Below, one piece after another: positions 1 through 9,471 of a stretch of DNA of 64,000 nucleotides. A model generated the notes under the pieces. It made no database searches. It was not told the origin of the DNA and saw only the letters and a program-made list of their open reading frames with translations. Each line of letters starts with the position of its first letter. The first letter of the stretch is position 1. Made by a program: the position numbers and the translations under genes. This stretch comes from Candidatus Hadarchaeota archaeon (lineage in GTDB: Archaea; CAYQAE01; CAYVLA01): NCBI GenBank assembly GCA_964621445.1, contig CAZUNO010000001.1:40496-104495 (forward strand), in the 5' to 3' direction.

Positions 1-2
1 GA

Positions 3-1172
3 ATTGACGGAGAGGTTCTCTTCTCCACCGAATCGACCCGTTTGGCTTTTCTCGCCTTAGCCCTGATGGGATTCGCCATCGATGCGGCGGTGGTGCCTCT
101 CCATATTTGGCTTCCCGGAGCACTTGCCGAAAGCCCCACGCCGATAAGCGCTCTTCTGTCTGGAATCGTGGAGAAGACGGGGATATATGGGATGATTCGA
201 TGTTTCTACTTCGTGGGGGGGATGCCGGCTAATTGGTCTGAGCCGATCCTTGTCCTTGGTTTTCTCACTGCTTTTGTTGGGGTATTTCTGGCTCTGTTCC
301 AGATGGACGGGAAACGTCTCATCGCGTTCTCCACTATTTCACAGATGGGTCTGATAGTTGCCGGGATAGGCAGTGGCTTGGCCCTGGGGGTGACCGGGGC
401 CTTGTATCATGTCCTTAACCATAGCATTTTCAAGTCCCTCATATTCCTTTCGGCCGGCTGGGTCATGTGGTCGGCAGGGACACGTGATTTGCGAACTATA
501 TATAGATCAAGGTCCTCGAGTCCTCTTCTTCTTACGGCTTTCTATATTATCGGCGTCCTCTCGATTTCAGGGATTCCACCGTTTAATGGGTTCTACAGCA
601 AGTCAGTGATTGCGAAGGCCGTCCATCCCGAGTATCCCTTGCTTGCTGGACTCCTCTCCCTTGTTGGAATGTTTACGATCCTTACCTTCGCCAAGCTGGG
701 TTGGTATCTATTCCGTTCAAGTGCGGGCGATGAAAATATACGAAACCCGTTTCCGCTGGTGATTGCGTGCGGATCGCTGGGGACGATGTGCGTGCTGCTA
801 GGATCCGCCAGTGGCCTGGTAGTGAGAGGGTTCAGCGGTATCATGGAGTCCGAACTGGTGGTAACGCCAAAAATCCTGAGCCTCTCAGCGACGACCTTGA
901 TAGGTTATGCCGGATTCATCGGGGCATTTTTTATTTGGTTGAGGAAAAGCCAGATTTACGGATCGCTGACCGAGGGAAGGCTCGGTTTTGTGGGTCGAGT
1001 GGCTCGGAAAGGTCTTTATTTCAATGATGTTGCGGCGTTGCTTGGCCGGGGATTCACCAAGCTTGCGAGTGTTGTTACCATGAGTGCTTCAGGTCTTCAC
1101 CGAGACTACGGTCTTTATATCGTGATTGTCTGGATGGCTGCCATGGTTTTAGTGGTCGGGGGTGTACTTTAA
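3..1172 (+). CDS. Mrp/Mnh antiporter-like subunit (MrpD/MrpA-N, proton-conducting membrane transporter family), 5'-truncated by window edge
   Basis: Frame is open from base 3. Motifs PLHIWLPGA..ESPTPISALLSG, KRLIAFSTISQMG, HVLNHSIFKS and GIPPFNGFYSK; many TM helices. Confidence 0.9.
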   Translation: MDGEVLFSTESTRLAFLALALMGFAIDAAVVPLHIWLPGALAESPTPISALLSGIVEKTGIYGMIRCFYFVGGMPANWSEPILVLGFLTAFVGVFLALFQMDGKRLIAFSTISQMGLIVAGIGSGLALGVTGALYHVLNHSIFKSLIFLSAGWVMWSAGTRDLRTIYRSRSSSPLLLTAFYIIGVLSISGIPPFNGFYSKSVIAKAVHPEYPLLAGLLSLVGMFTILTFAKLGWYLFRSSAGDENIRNPFPLVIACGSLGTMCVLLGSASGLVVRGFSGIMESELVVTPKILSLSATTLIGYAGFIGAFFIWLRKSQIYGSLTEGRLGFVGRVARKGLYFNDVAALLGRGFTKLASVVTMSASGLHRDYGLYIVIVWMAAMVLVVGGVL

Positions 1173-1701
1173 CTTGCAGGTTATCTGGCTACAGCTGTCT
1201 GGCTTACTGTCGGTTTTGGCCTGCTCAGTTCTGGTCATTCGCTTCAGGGATCTATTATCCTGCGCCATTGCATTGGGGGCGGCAGGTTTTTTTGTGGGGT
1301 TGACCTACTTCACCATGGGGGCCACAAATCTCGGTGTTGTCCAGCTTTTGGTGGAGGTAATCAAAACCTGTATCTTGATTTTAGTCGTATCTAAGACTCA
1401 CAGGGTGGGCTTCTCTGTCGAAAGGACAAGGGTTCGATTATCGATAGCTGCGGTCCTAGCCGTTGTGTTTATCCTTTTCTCCCTGTTTGTCACGCCAGCG
1501 ATATCTTCATACGGAGGAAAGCCCTCCGAACTCTCCGATCGATATTCCAAGGAGGCGGATGAACTGACCGGGGCCAGTAATGTTGTGACCGCTATCCTTC
1601 TGGGATTCAGGGCCTATGATACTGCAGGAGAGGTCTGCGTATTTTTCGTAGCTACCCTCGGTGTTGTCATTGTTCTCACCAAAACAGGAGGCGAGTCTTA
1701 A
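1162..1701 (+). CDS. Mrp subunit matching the MrpA C-terminal part (DUF4040 + MbhE-like)
   Basis: Motifs NVVTAILLGFRAYDTAGE and QLLVE; hydrophobic; overlaps upstream gene. Confidence 0.85.
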   Translation: MYFNLQVIWLQLSGLLSVLACSVLVIRFRDLLSCAIALGAAGFFVGLTYFTMGATNLGVVQLLVEVIKTCILILVVSKTHRVGFSVERTRVRLSIAAVLAVVFILFSLFVTPAISSYGGKPSELSDRYSKEADELTGASNVVTAILLGFRAYDTAGEVCVFFVATLGVVIVLTKTGGES

Positions 1702-1702
1702 C

Positions 1703-2104
1703 TTGTCCTTACCAGTTCGGACCGTGTCCCGATTGCTAGCCCCCCTGTTCGTGGTATATGCGGCCAACCTTATAGTCACGCAGGCGACAGCTCCTGGTGG
1801 TGCCTTCGCCGGAGGTGTGGTCGTGGGAGTGACCGCATTCCTGATCATAGTTGGTGAGGAGATGAGGAATGTGATCACTAGGTTCACTTCCTGGCTTGAG
1901 GCGGGTAGGGCCGCAGGTTTTGGTCTGGTTCTAATAGCCAGTTTGTTGGGGGTTGTATTCGGAGGGACTTTTCTCAGTACGGGGTCGTGGTTGGGATTCG
2001 ATTCCTCGCTGCTTAACCTTTTCGGGTTTGCCGCTGGCATAGTAGTTGGGTGCGAGATAGTTCTGGCCTTCGACAAGATGATCCGGACGGAGGCGACCAA
2101 ATGA
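1703..2104 (+). CDS. mnhB: MrpB/MnhB-domain subunit
   Basis: PGGAFAGG motif. In-frame TTG at 1703 follows GGAGG at 1687-1691, preferred over the ORF-track start at 1661. Confidence 0.8.
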   Translation: MSLPVRTVSRLLAPLFVVYAANLIVTQATAPGGAFAGGVVVGVTAFLIIVGEEMRNVITRFTSWLEAGRAAGFGLVLIASLLGVVFGGTFLSTGSWLGFDSSLLNLFGFAAGIVVGCEIVLAFDKMIRTEATK

Positions 2105-2448
2105 GTATCAATGTGGGCATGGTTGTCTACAATCTATCATTCCTCCTTATGCTCTTGGGGATATACTGTGTGTTATGCCATAGCGATATCATCAAGGTGG
2201 TGTGCGGCCTGTCGATTTCGGGTTATGGCGTTACCCTTTTTGTTATCCAGATTGGATACACCCAGAGTGGATCTACCTCAGCTGCTGGAGTCTTCGTTCC
2301 CTCCATGGACCCCTTAATGGAGGCCCTGGTCCTAACAGCGGTAGTGATCGAGACGGGCTTCATGATGCTCATGCTGGCAATAGGGATCAGAATCTTCCAG
2401 CAAGAAGGCCACACGGATCTTAGCCTCCTAAGGAGGTTACGCGGTTGA
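2101..2448 (+). CDS. mnhC: MrpC/MnhC subunit
   Basis: DPLMEALVLTAVVI motif; C-terminal LRRLRG; ATGA overlap with the previous stop. Confidence 0.9.
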   Translation: MSINVGMVVYNLSFLLMLLGIYCVLCHSDIIKVVCGLSISGYGVTLFVIQIGYTQSGSTSAAGVFVPSMDPLMEALVLTAVVIETGFMMLMLAIGIRIFQQEGHTDLSLLRRLRG

Positions 2449-3911
2449 GCCATCTCTACTATCTAGTGGTCCTGCCATTGATCGGGGCAGTGCTGGCCTT
2501 AGTATTTGGCAGGTGGCGCAGAACGAATATATTGATGGCCTCCTTGGTGCTGGGGGCCATGGTGGTCTCAGTAATCAGGATAGGTTTGGATATTTTAGAT
2601 CAGGGTATTGTGACCGAGAGTGTGGGCGGCTGGCCCCTTGGGATGGGCCTCGGGATGGCACTCGACTTATTGGGGCTAGTAATGATAGCGGTTGTAATAG
2701 GACTCTCGGTGATTTCGTTTATCTACTTCTTTGGGAAATTGGAGAGCGATGAGAGGCAATCGAAATTCTACAGCTTGGTCTTCTTCCTAACGGCTGGCTT
2801 GATGGGAATGACGCTGGTTACGGATGTCTTTAACCTATTTGTATTCCTGGAGCTTTCGTCAGTATCGACGTGCGTTCTGGTATCATTCAATGGGGGTATG
2901 GAGGATTTAGAGGCCGCCTTGAGGTACATAGTGCTGGGAACGATAACGAGCTTTGTATTCTTGGGGGGCATCGTTCTTGTTTATGACCAAGTGGGAAGCC
3001 TGAATATGGGAAGCATCGGGGTTTTCATGCGAAATGGGAATGGCAACATCATGACGGATGTCTCGGTGGTAATGATGGCCATCGGGCTGGGATTTCCAGC
3101 CGCCATCTTTCCTCTTCACACATGGTTACCCGATGCCTTTTCAAGGGCACCGTCGGCCAGTACTGCCTTGCTCGCCGGGGCATCGAAGCAGGTGTGTTTT
3201 TACGCTATCGTGAGACTTTTCAATCAGACCATAGGCCTTAATTCTGTATCGATATTGAGGTTGATCCCCTGGATCGGTCTAATGACCGCACTCTTCGGCG
3301 CGCTTATGGCGTTGGTTCAGGTAGATATCAAGAGACTTCTTGGATACACGACCGTCGCCAGCGGAGGTTTTGCGCTGGCATTAGCGGGAATTGGCACCGC
3401 GAGAGGATTCCAAGGTCTGGTTCTACATATGATTAATAGTGCGCCGGCAAAAGCCGTTTTGTTTCTGTCCGCCGGGTGCCTGATATATGGGCTGTCTGTA
3501 CGGGATTACCGGGATATGAAGGGCGCTTGGAGCACCATGCCGGGAGTTTGCTCGGCCTTCCTGGTCGGATGTTTGGCGGATTTAGGTGGTCCTTCACTTG
3601 GATTCTTCAGCAAGGCCTACATGATGTTTGCGTTCTTGGAAACCAGTCCCCTGATGGGATTGGTTGGTGGGCTGTCAACAATATTGATTGCGGCGTCGTA
3701 CATCAAGGTGATTCAAGCCATGGTTTCATCTCCGGATAACGGAGAGGGGTCTAAAAGTGTACCGAGCCCTATGATGATTGCAATTGGGACCTTGGTGGCC
3801 TCCATTATACTATTGACCCTCCTGTTCTGGCCTTTGATCTCCTTTGCAGAGAATACCTCAATCCAAATAATCGATACCGTGAGATTGATAGAAGCAATGG
3901 TTGGGATATGA
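2445..3911 (+). CDS. mnhD: MrpD/MnhD subunit
   Basis: Motifs VGGWP, DVFNLFVFLE, EAALRY, PLHTWLPDAF and DIKRLLGY; about 14 TM helices. Confidence 0.9.
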   Translation: MSHLYYLVVLPLIGAVLALVFGRWRRTNILMASLVLGAMVVSVIRIGLDILDQGIVTESVGGWPLGMGLGMALDLLGLVMIAVVIGLSVISFIYFFGKLESDERQSKFYSLVFFLTAGLMGMTLVTDVFNLFVFLELSSVSTCVLVSFNGGMEDLEAALRYIVLGTITSFVFLGGIVLVYDQVGSLNMGSIGVFMRNGNGNIMTDVSVVMMAIGLGFPAAIFPLHTWLPDAFSRAPSASTALLAGASKQVCFYAIVRLFNQTIGLNSVSILRLIPWIGLMTALFGALMALVQVDIKRLLGYTTVASGGFALALAGIGTARGFQGLVLHMINSAPAKAVLFLSAGCLIYGLSVRDYRDMKGAWSTMPGVCSAFLVGCLADLGGPSLGFFSKAYMMFAFLETSPLMGLVGGLSTILIAASYIKVIQAMVSSPDNGEGSKSVPSPMMIAIGTLVASIILLTLLFWPLISFAENTSIQIIDTVRLIEAMVGI

Positions 3912-4411
3912 TGAGAAAAGAAGGACTGGCTGTATTCGCGTTATCGTACCTTTTCTGGCTTCTGGTCACCCCGGTCCTCGAGACATGGTACCTGCTGTCC
4001 GGGGTCTTGGTTTGTACTTCTGTTGCCTGGGCATTCTCCACCTATTCTTTTGAGGAGATATCGCTGTCTATCCTGGATCCAAGGAAATGGATTTACTTTG
4101 TCAGGTATATCTTGATCTTGGGCTGGGGCATATTATTGGCGGGAATATCGCTGGCCAAAATCATTCTGAAACCGAATATAGAGATACATCCAGGGGTTGT
4201 GGTCATACCGACCAGTTTGGAAAAGCGCTGGGAAAGGACGCTTCTCGCCAACTCGATAACGTTAACACCGGGCACCTTCTTCCTGGACATGGATGAGGAT
4301 GAGGGCCTTCTCTACATTCACTGGATATCCATGAAATCTGAAAGACTGGAGAAGATCAGAGAGATGATCACTGAGAGGTACGAGAGGATTATCGGAAAGG
4401 TGTTTGAATGA
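3908..4411 (+). CDS. mnhE: MrpE/MnhE subunit
   Basis: LLANSITLTPGT and LYIHWI signatures. Confidence 0.93.
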   Translation: MMRKEGLAVFALSYLFWLLVTPVLETWYLLSGVLVCTSVAWAFSTYSFEEISLSILDPRKWIYFVRYILILGWGILLAGISLAKIILKPNIEIHPGVVVIPTSLEKRWERTLLANSITLTPGTFFLDMDEDEGLLYIHWISMKSERLEKIREMITERYERIIGKVFE

Positions 4412-4668
4412 TCCAGTACTTTGCTTGGCCATCGCTGATGATACTCATAATTTCCCTGTTGTTATGCTTCTATAGGCTGGCTAAGGGTCCATCGGCCGCC
4501 GATCAGCTAACGGCGTACGGAACCCTGAGTTCCATGTCTATAGGGATCTTCATGTTGGCTGGGGTGCTGGTTGATACACTTTTCCTGGAGGCAGTCATAC
4601 CCCTGGCCCTAGTCTCATTTGTGGCCATCCTTCTCATAACCCGTTTCCTGGAGGGTGAGGTGGGATGA
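4408..4668 (+). CDS. mnhF: MrpF/MnhF subunit
   Basis: RLAKGPSAAD motif; three TM helices; lies between mnhE and mnhG. Confidence 0.88.
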   Translation: MIQYFAWPSLMILIISLLLCFYRLAKGPSAADQLTAYGTLSSMSIGIFMLAGVLVDTLFLEAVIPLALVSFVAILLITRFLEGEVG

Positions 4669-5711
4669 ATATTTTGGAGGTGATGGTCCAGATGGTGGCC
4701 GGTTCCTTCATGTTGTTTGGGAGCTTCTTTGCCTTGGTTGGAAGCCTTGGACTTGTGAGGCTGCCGGATCTTTATACCAGACTTCATGCCGGTTCGAAGG
4801 CCGTGACGCTGGGTGTAACTGGCCTCGCCATCGGTTCACTAATAATGGCCCCCAGTATATCGGCAACTACAAAGATATTATTAGCCATGGCTTTCATATT
4901 CTTCACTGCTCCAATAACCTCGCATGCGATCGGTAGAGCGGGGTATTACAGCGGCGAGAGGATGTGTCCAGAAACCGTGAAGGACGATTACGAGGCCTAT
5001 GCAATACTTGATCGTAGGGAGAAGCTGTTGAAGGCTCGGGTCAAGGGCCGGGCTTGGCTGGGTGAGAAGAGACAACGGGAGGTTTTTGACCTGGCAAGAC
5101 AGCACATGGACCAGACCCTGGAAGCGGTCCGGGTAATGAACGAGGCGGTGGCCGATTTCCTGAAGGGTGACCTTGAGAATATGGAGGAGGAGGCCGCAAG
5201 GACGATTTCTCTGGAAAATGAGGCGGATAGACTTGCGGTTGAGGCCTTGGAGGTAATATCCAAGTCCGAGCTCTCCCCTGAGGATCGTGGCGACCTTCTG
5301 AACCTTGTTTACAGGGTGAGAAACGTAGGCACCGCGGCAAAAGCCCTGGCCTACAGGTTGGAGCTTGCCGAGGAGTATCACTTTCCAAGTAGAGTGGTCC
5401 CGGGTCTCCAACGACTAGCGGATGCGGTAATGGAGACCGTCGAGACTCTATCATCGGCGGTAACCGAACTCAACAACGACCTGGTCTTGGCCGAGGAGCT
5501 ATCTGATCTGGTCTCCGAGTTGGAGGATATGGTTGATCGCATGCGCAGGGACCTGGTAAAGGTACTCCTGAAGGAAGCGAGGCTTCTGGACGCTGCTTCG
5601 TTCTTCGTGGTTAACGAAGTGATAATGAGATTAGAGGATCTGGCTGATTCATGCGAGGAAACTGCCGATCATATACGGATAATATCGGTAAAGTACCTGC
5701 GGCTTATCTAG
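4665..5711 (+). CDS. mnhG: MrpG/MnhG subunit fused to a C-terminal DUF47 (PhoU-like helical) domain
   Basis: N-terminal GLVRLPDLYTRLHAGSK and TAPITSHAIGRA (MrpG). C-terminal LENEADRL, DRGDLLNL and EDLADSCEETAD (DUF47). One uninterrupted 348 aa ORF. Confidence 0.88.
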   Translation: MNILEVMVQMVAGSFMLFGSFFALVGSLGLVRLPDLYTRLHAGSKAVTLGVTGLAIGSLIMAPSISATTKILLAMAFIFFTAPITSHAIGRAGYYSGERMCPETVKDDYEAYAILDRREKLLKARVKGRAWLGEKRQREVFDLARQHMDQTLEAVRVMNEAVADFLKGDLENMEEEAARTISLENEADRLAVEALEVISKSELSPEDRGDLLNLVYRVRNVGTAAKALAYRLELAEEYHFPSRVVPGLQRLADAVMETVETLSSAVTELNNDLVLAEELSDLVSELEDMVDRMRRDLVKVLLKEARLLDAASFFVVNEVIMRLEDLADSCEETADHIRIISVKYLRLI

Positions 5712-5782
5712 TTCCAATTTTAGTAAATTTGCGATGCTGTAAGGGATAAACAGGTCTATCCTTTCAATAGAGATACCCATGA

Positions 5783-7027
5783 ATGCTATTTATCGAGGTA
5801 ATTCTCTTCTCCCTGGCAGGGGCCTGTCTCGGTATACTGACAGGGTGTACCCCGGGGATCCATGTGAATATGGTTTCGGTTATGATCATTGGCATATATG
5901 CCACCTCCTCTTTGGATCCCGTTCTGTTTGCGGCCCTGGTGATGTCAATGGCCGTTGTTCAGACCTTTCTGGATATTTTACCCGCTATCTTCCTGGGAGC
6001 ACCCGACCCGGATACGGCGCTATCGGTCCTGCCGGGACATAGAATGCTTCTTGAGGGTAAGGGTTTCGAGGCCGTCAAGCTTTCGACGATTGGAAGCCTG
6101 GGGTCGGTTATCCTCGCGACAAGCCTGGCCCTGCCAATGATCTTCATTCTACCAGCGGCATATCCGGTGATTTCCTATTTTCTTTACCCCCTGCTAGTTG
6201 TCTTGGAAGTAAGCATCGTTATGACCGAGAAAACGGCCAAAAAGATGCTTTACGCGCTGCTAGTTCTGGTTTTGAGCGGGATCCTGGGAATGTTGGTCAC
6301 CAATTCAGGGTTCATGCCCACGGACAAGGCCCTATTCCCGGCGCTATCCGGTCTCTTTGGCGTTTCCACCCTTCTATTAAGTTCTGAGAGCGGGGCAAAA
6401 ATTCCCGATCAGGTCATGGATGTGGAGGTTACCATGAGAAAGCTTACCATGGCTAAATCAATAGTGGTCGGGTTCCTGGCAGGAATGACCACTGGAATCC
6501 TTCCCGCCGTCGGCAGTGCTCAGGCCACCATTCTCGCCCAGAGGGCCAGCGGCGAGAGTGATCATCGGTCATTCATGGTCGCTGTAAGCGGTGTTAACAC
6601 CGGAAACATGATCTTCGGGTTAGTTGCTCTGTATACCATAGGGAAGGCGAGAAATGGAGCCGTGCTTGCGGTGGAGGAGATACTCGGTGGAAATCTGGAT
6701 TTAAGCCTGCTTCTCATGTTTCTAGGGGTGGTCTTGATGTGCGGGGGGTTGGGAGCGATTTTGACCCGGGTCGTCGGGGGCCTATTCGCTTCAAGGATTA
6801 GTAGGGCTCCCTATATACCCCTTACCAGAGGAATTATAGCTCTAATTACCGTCCTGGTATTGATAATAAGCGGGCCAAAGGGAGTATTGGTATTGATTAC
6901 CGCCACTTTTGTTGGATTCCTCCCGCCCATACTGGGGGTCAAGAGAGTCCATAGCATGGGATTTCTCATGATACCCACATTGGTCTACTTTTCTGGTTAT
7001 CAATCATTCTTCCTGGGCCTGCTTTAG
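5783..7027 (+). CDS. TctA/DUF112-family integral membrane protein (archaeal type)
   Basis: Motifs GILTGCTPGIHVN, FLDILPAIFLGAP and LSVLPGHRMLLEGKG. Confidence 0.88.
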   Translation: MLFIEVILFSLAGACLGILTGCTPGIHVNMVSVMIIGIYATSSLDPVLFAALVMSMAVVQTFLDILPAIFLGAPDPDTALSVLPGHRMLLEGKGFEAVKLSTIGSLGSVILATSLALPMIFILPAAYPVISYFLYPLLVVLEVSIVMTEKTAKKMLYALLVLVLSGILGMLVTNSGFMPTDKALFPALSGLFGVSTLLLSSESGAKIPDQVMDVEVTMRKLTMAKSIVVGFLAGMTTGILPAVGSAQATILAQRASGESDHRSFMVAVSGVNTGNMIFGLVALYTIGKARNGAVLAVEEILGGNLDLSLLLMFLGVVLMCGGLGAILTRVVGGLFASRISRAPYIPLTRGIIALITVLVLIISGPKGVLVLITATFVGFLPPILGVKRVHSMGFLMIPTLVYFSGYQSFFLGLL

Positions 7028-7079
7028 ACGGCGTTTCTGGTTATCTATGGCCCTGCATTCATTTCGGAGGGGGAAGGAT

Positions 7080-8327
7080 TTACTTCAGTTTGAGCTTGGT
7101 CAGCTCAACTGCTTTGTATAGACGCCTTTTGATCATTAGCACCCAGAGAATTGATCCCGTAAACATTGCCGTCCCGGTAACCACGCACCACTCGGTGAAG
7201 AAAATCCAAAAGGCCGCTTCGTCACGGATTTCTATTGCCTTTTCCATGGCCTGTTGGCACATTAAGAGGGTCTCATCGAATTCTTCAACCGCCTGGTCAA
7301 GCTCGGCGCTCACGTAGTGATCGAGGGCCTTCCTCTTTTGCCCCTGGATATCCTGTATCATCATGTTTATCTGGTTCCCGCTACCGCCGAATCTCTCAAC
7401 TATGTCGACCATGCTGTAGAGGGTGCTGAGGCCTTCGCTGGATTCCCTTAATCTCCTCCTAACCAGGTACATCAGTTCAAGATCATCGGGAAGCTTCTGA
7501 CCGGCGAGGAAAAGCATCATGTTTATGCAGTAATCCCCGTAATAGCGCCAGGTCATGAACTGGTTCCCGCCCGCGGGCGTCCAATCTGCGGACTGGGCCA
7601 TGGTTCTCCCTTCACCTATATCCCACCACATCAGGAAAGGCAGGGTTCCCATGCTGCCCTTTACCAGCTCGGCTAGATAATTAGCCCTCGATCTTGGTTG
7701 TATATTGTTACTGCTGTGGAAGTACCCAAACGCACCTATTTCTTCAAAGGGAAGGCTATCGATAAATTCATCTTCCCAATCGAGTATCCTTATCCTTCCG
7801 CCAGAGAAGGTTAGTGCGGAGGGAATCATGTCACAGGGCAATATATCGGCCACCGAAGTTGGCCCCCAGGACGGGTAGCCTCCTTTCTGGGCGAAGCTCT
7901 CTGCACCACCTATCATCACAAGGCCCTGGCCGCCCTCTTGAACCCCGTCCTTCATCCAGGTGAAATGATCATGTCTGAAGGAGTTCTTATTGGCATCGCT
8001 GAGGACGACAACGTCCTGCTTCAGGTAATCCTCATATCTCCTGGGCATGTATGCCCTCACGCTTTTCTTTATCTGTTCCAACCTCTGGTGGGCGGTGCAG
8101 GCGTATACAGCGGTGCAGTAGAGAAGGGGGTCCTGTTCCATTATGGGGAAGGGGTTTGGGACACCCATTGCATCCCCGATATAGATTACCCTGACCTTTC
8201 CGGTTTGGGGGTCAACTCTCGGTTCTCGTGCCAGGCAGGTAGGCAGGAGAAATATCCCCACCAATACCAGGGAGAGGATAAGAACATGAATTTCTGGGAT
8301 CTTCAACATAATCGACTGGACGCTCAT
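7080..8327 (-). CDS. Uncharacterised signal-peptide, GATase-like-fold, single-pass membrane protein (paralog 1 of 4)
   Basis: N-terminal signal peptide. DVVVLSD, GLVMIGGAESF and VADILP resemble DUF1355/class-I GATase-like domains. Helical region, C-terminal TM and basic tail shared with three other ORFs. Confidence 0.75.
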   Translation of the reverse strand: MSVQSIMLKIPEIHVLILSLVLVGIFLLPTCLAREPRVDPQTGKVRVIYIGDAMGVPNPFPIMEQDPLLYCTAVYACTAHQRLEQIKKSVRAYMPRRYEDYLKQDVVVLSDANKNSFRHDHFTWMKDGVQEGGQGLVMIGGAESFAQKGGYPSWGPTSVADILPCDMIPSALTFSGGRIRILDWEDEFIDSLPFEEIGAFGYFHSSNNIQPRSRANYLAELVKGSMGTLPFLMWWDIGEGRTMAQSADWTPAGGNQFMTWRYYGDYCINMMLFLAGQKLPDDLELMYLVRRRLRESSEGLSTLYSMVDIVERFGGSGNQINMMIQDIQGQKRKALDHYVSAELDQAVEEFDETLLMCQQAMEKAIEIRDEAAFWIFFTEWCVVTGTAMFTGSILWVLMIKRRLYKAVELTKLKLK

Positions 8328-8412
8328 CGGTAAAAACCTTTTTGGTAACTGTCAATTGAATAGGGGAGTTATGGACTAAACAGATATCTTTGCAGGTGAT
8401 TTAGTTCCACCA

Positions 8413-9471
8413 TTGATGGGTGAACCGGATTTCTCACGATTGGAAAAGGTCCTAAGGATGGAGGGCGAACCGGACAGGGTCCCCTTATATGAACATCTTG
8501 TGGACGATGAGATAGTATCTGCCATCCTGGGCACCAAGGGATTACCAGGCAACTTCGAGGAAATGGCAAGAAGAAGGGCGAAGTTCTATCAAAAGATGGG
8601 CTATGACTATGTTCCAATCGAGATTAGTTGGCCTATATCCCGAACGAATATACTTCAGATTGAAGATACGGCTCCTTTACCGAGGCAGCAGCGGGCTTGG
8701 GTCGATCAGAAGCACGGTACCGTGGAGAGCTGGGAAGATTTCAATTCATATGACTGGCCAGATGATGATTATGATTACTCGAAAACCATAAGGAAAGCCG
8801 CACATCTGGTGCCCCCCGGGATGAAGATCGTTGCTCACGCCTGCGGAGGGGTCCTGGAGAACACCATGTGGCTTATGGGTTCCCGGAATTTCTCTCGCAC
8901 CCTTCACACCGATCCAAAGCTGTTAGAGGCGATATTCGACAGGATTGGAGGAGCACTGGTAAATGCCTTCAGGAAGGCATCCATGGAACCGGGTGTTGGA
9001 GCTATGTGTCTTGGGGATGACATGGGTCTTAGGACGGGAACTATGATATCCCCGCATGATTTAAGGAAATACGTGTTCCCCTGGCAGAGAAGGATATGCA
9101 ATCAGGCTCATAGAAAGGACCTGCCCTTCATCCTTCATGCCTGCGGAAATCTTACCCGGATAATGGATGACCTGATAGATTTCGTGAAGATAGATGCCAA
9201 ACACTCCTTCGAAGATGCGATAATGCCGGTGGCCGAGGTCAAGAGAAGGTGGGGAGACAGGGTGGCCATTCTGGGCGGGGTCGATGTTGACGTACTGTCC
9301 AGGAGGGATGTCCCTGAGGTGGTCGAATACGTGAAGAAGGTCATGTCACAGTGCCTGCCGGGTGGATGTTGGGCCCTGGGATCGGGGAACAGCATACCTA
9401 ACTACGTGAAGGTGGACAACTACATGGCGATGTTAAAGCAGGGCCCAAAATGGGGAAGATACGGGATCTAG
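8413..9471 (+). CDS. Uroporphyrinogen decarboxylase / MtaA-CmuA (MT2 methyltransferase) family protein
   Basis: Motifs EPDRVP, LGDDMG, ILHACGN, ILGGVDVD and GSGNSIP. Confidence 0.85.
   Translation: MMGEPDFSRLEKVLRMEGEPDRVPLYEHLVDDEIVSAILGTKGLPGNFEEMARRRAKFYQKMGYDYVPIEISWPISRTNILQIEDTAPLPRQQRAWVDQKHGTVESWEDFNSYDWPDDDYDYSKTIRKAAHLVPPGMKIVAHACGGVLENTMWLMGSRNFSRTLHTDPKLLEAIFDRIGGALVNAFRKASMEPGVGAMCLGDDMGLRTGTMISPHDLRKYVFPWQRRICNQAHRKDLPFILHACGNLTRIMDDLIDFVKIDAKHSFEDAIMPVAEVKRRWGDRVAILGGVDVDVLSRRDVPEVVEYVKKVMSQCLPGGCWALGSGNSIPNYVKVDNYMAMLKQGPKWGRYGI

Noticed and set aside
3-5711. Membrane-bound hydrogenase (Mbh/Mbx) operon
   Set aside because: No NiFe or Fe-S subunits follow mnhG. An Mrp-type call fits better, although genes upstream of the window are unseen.
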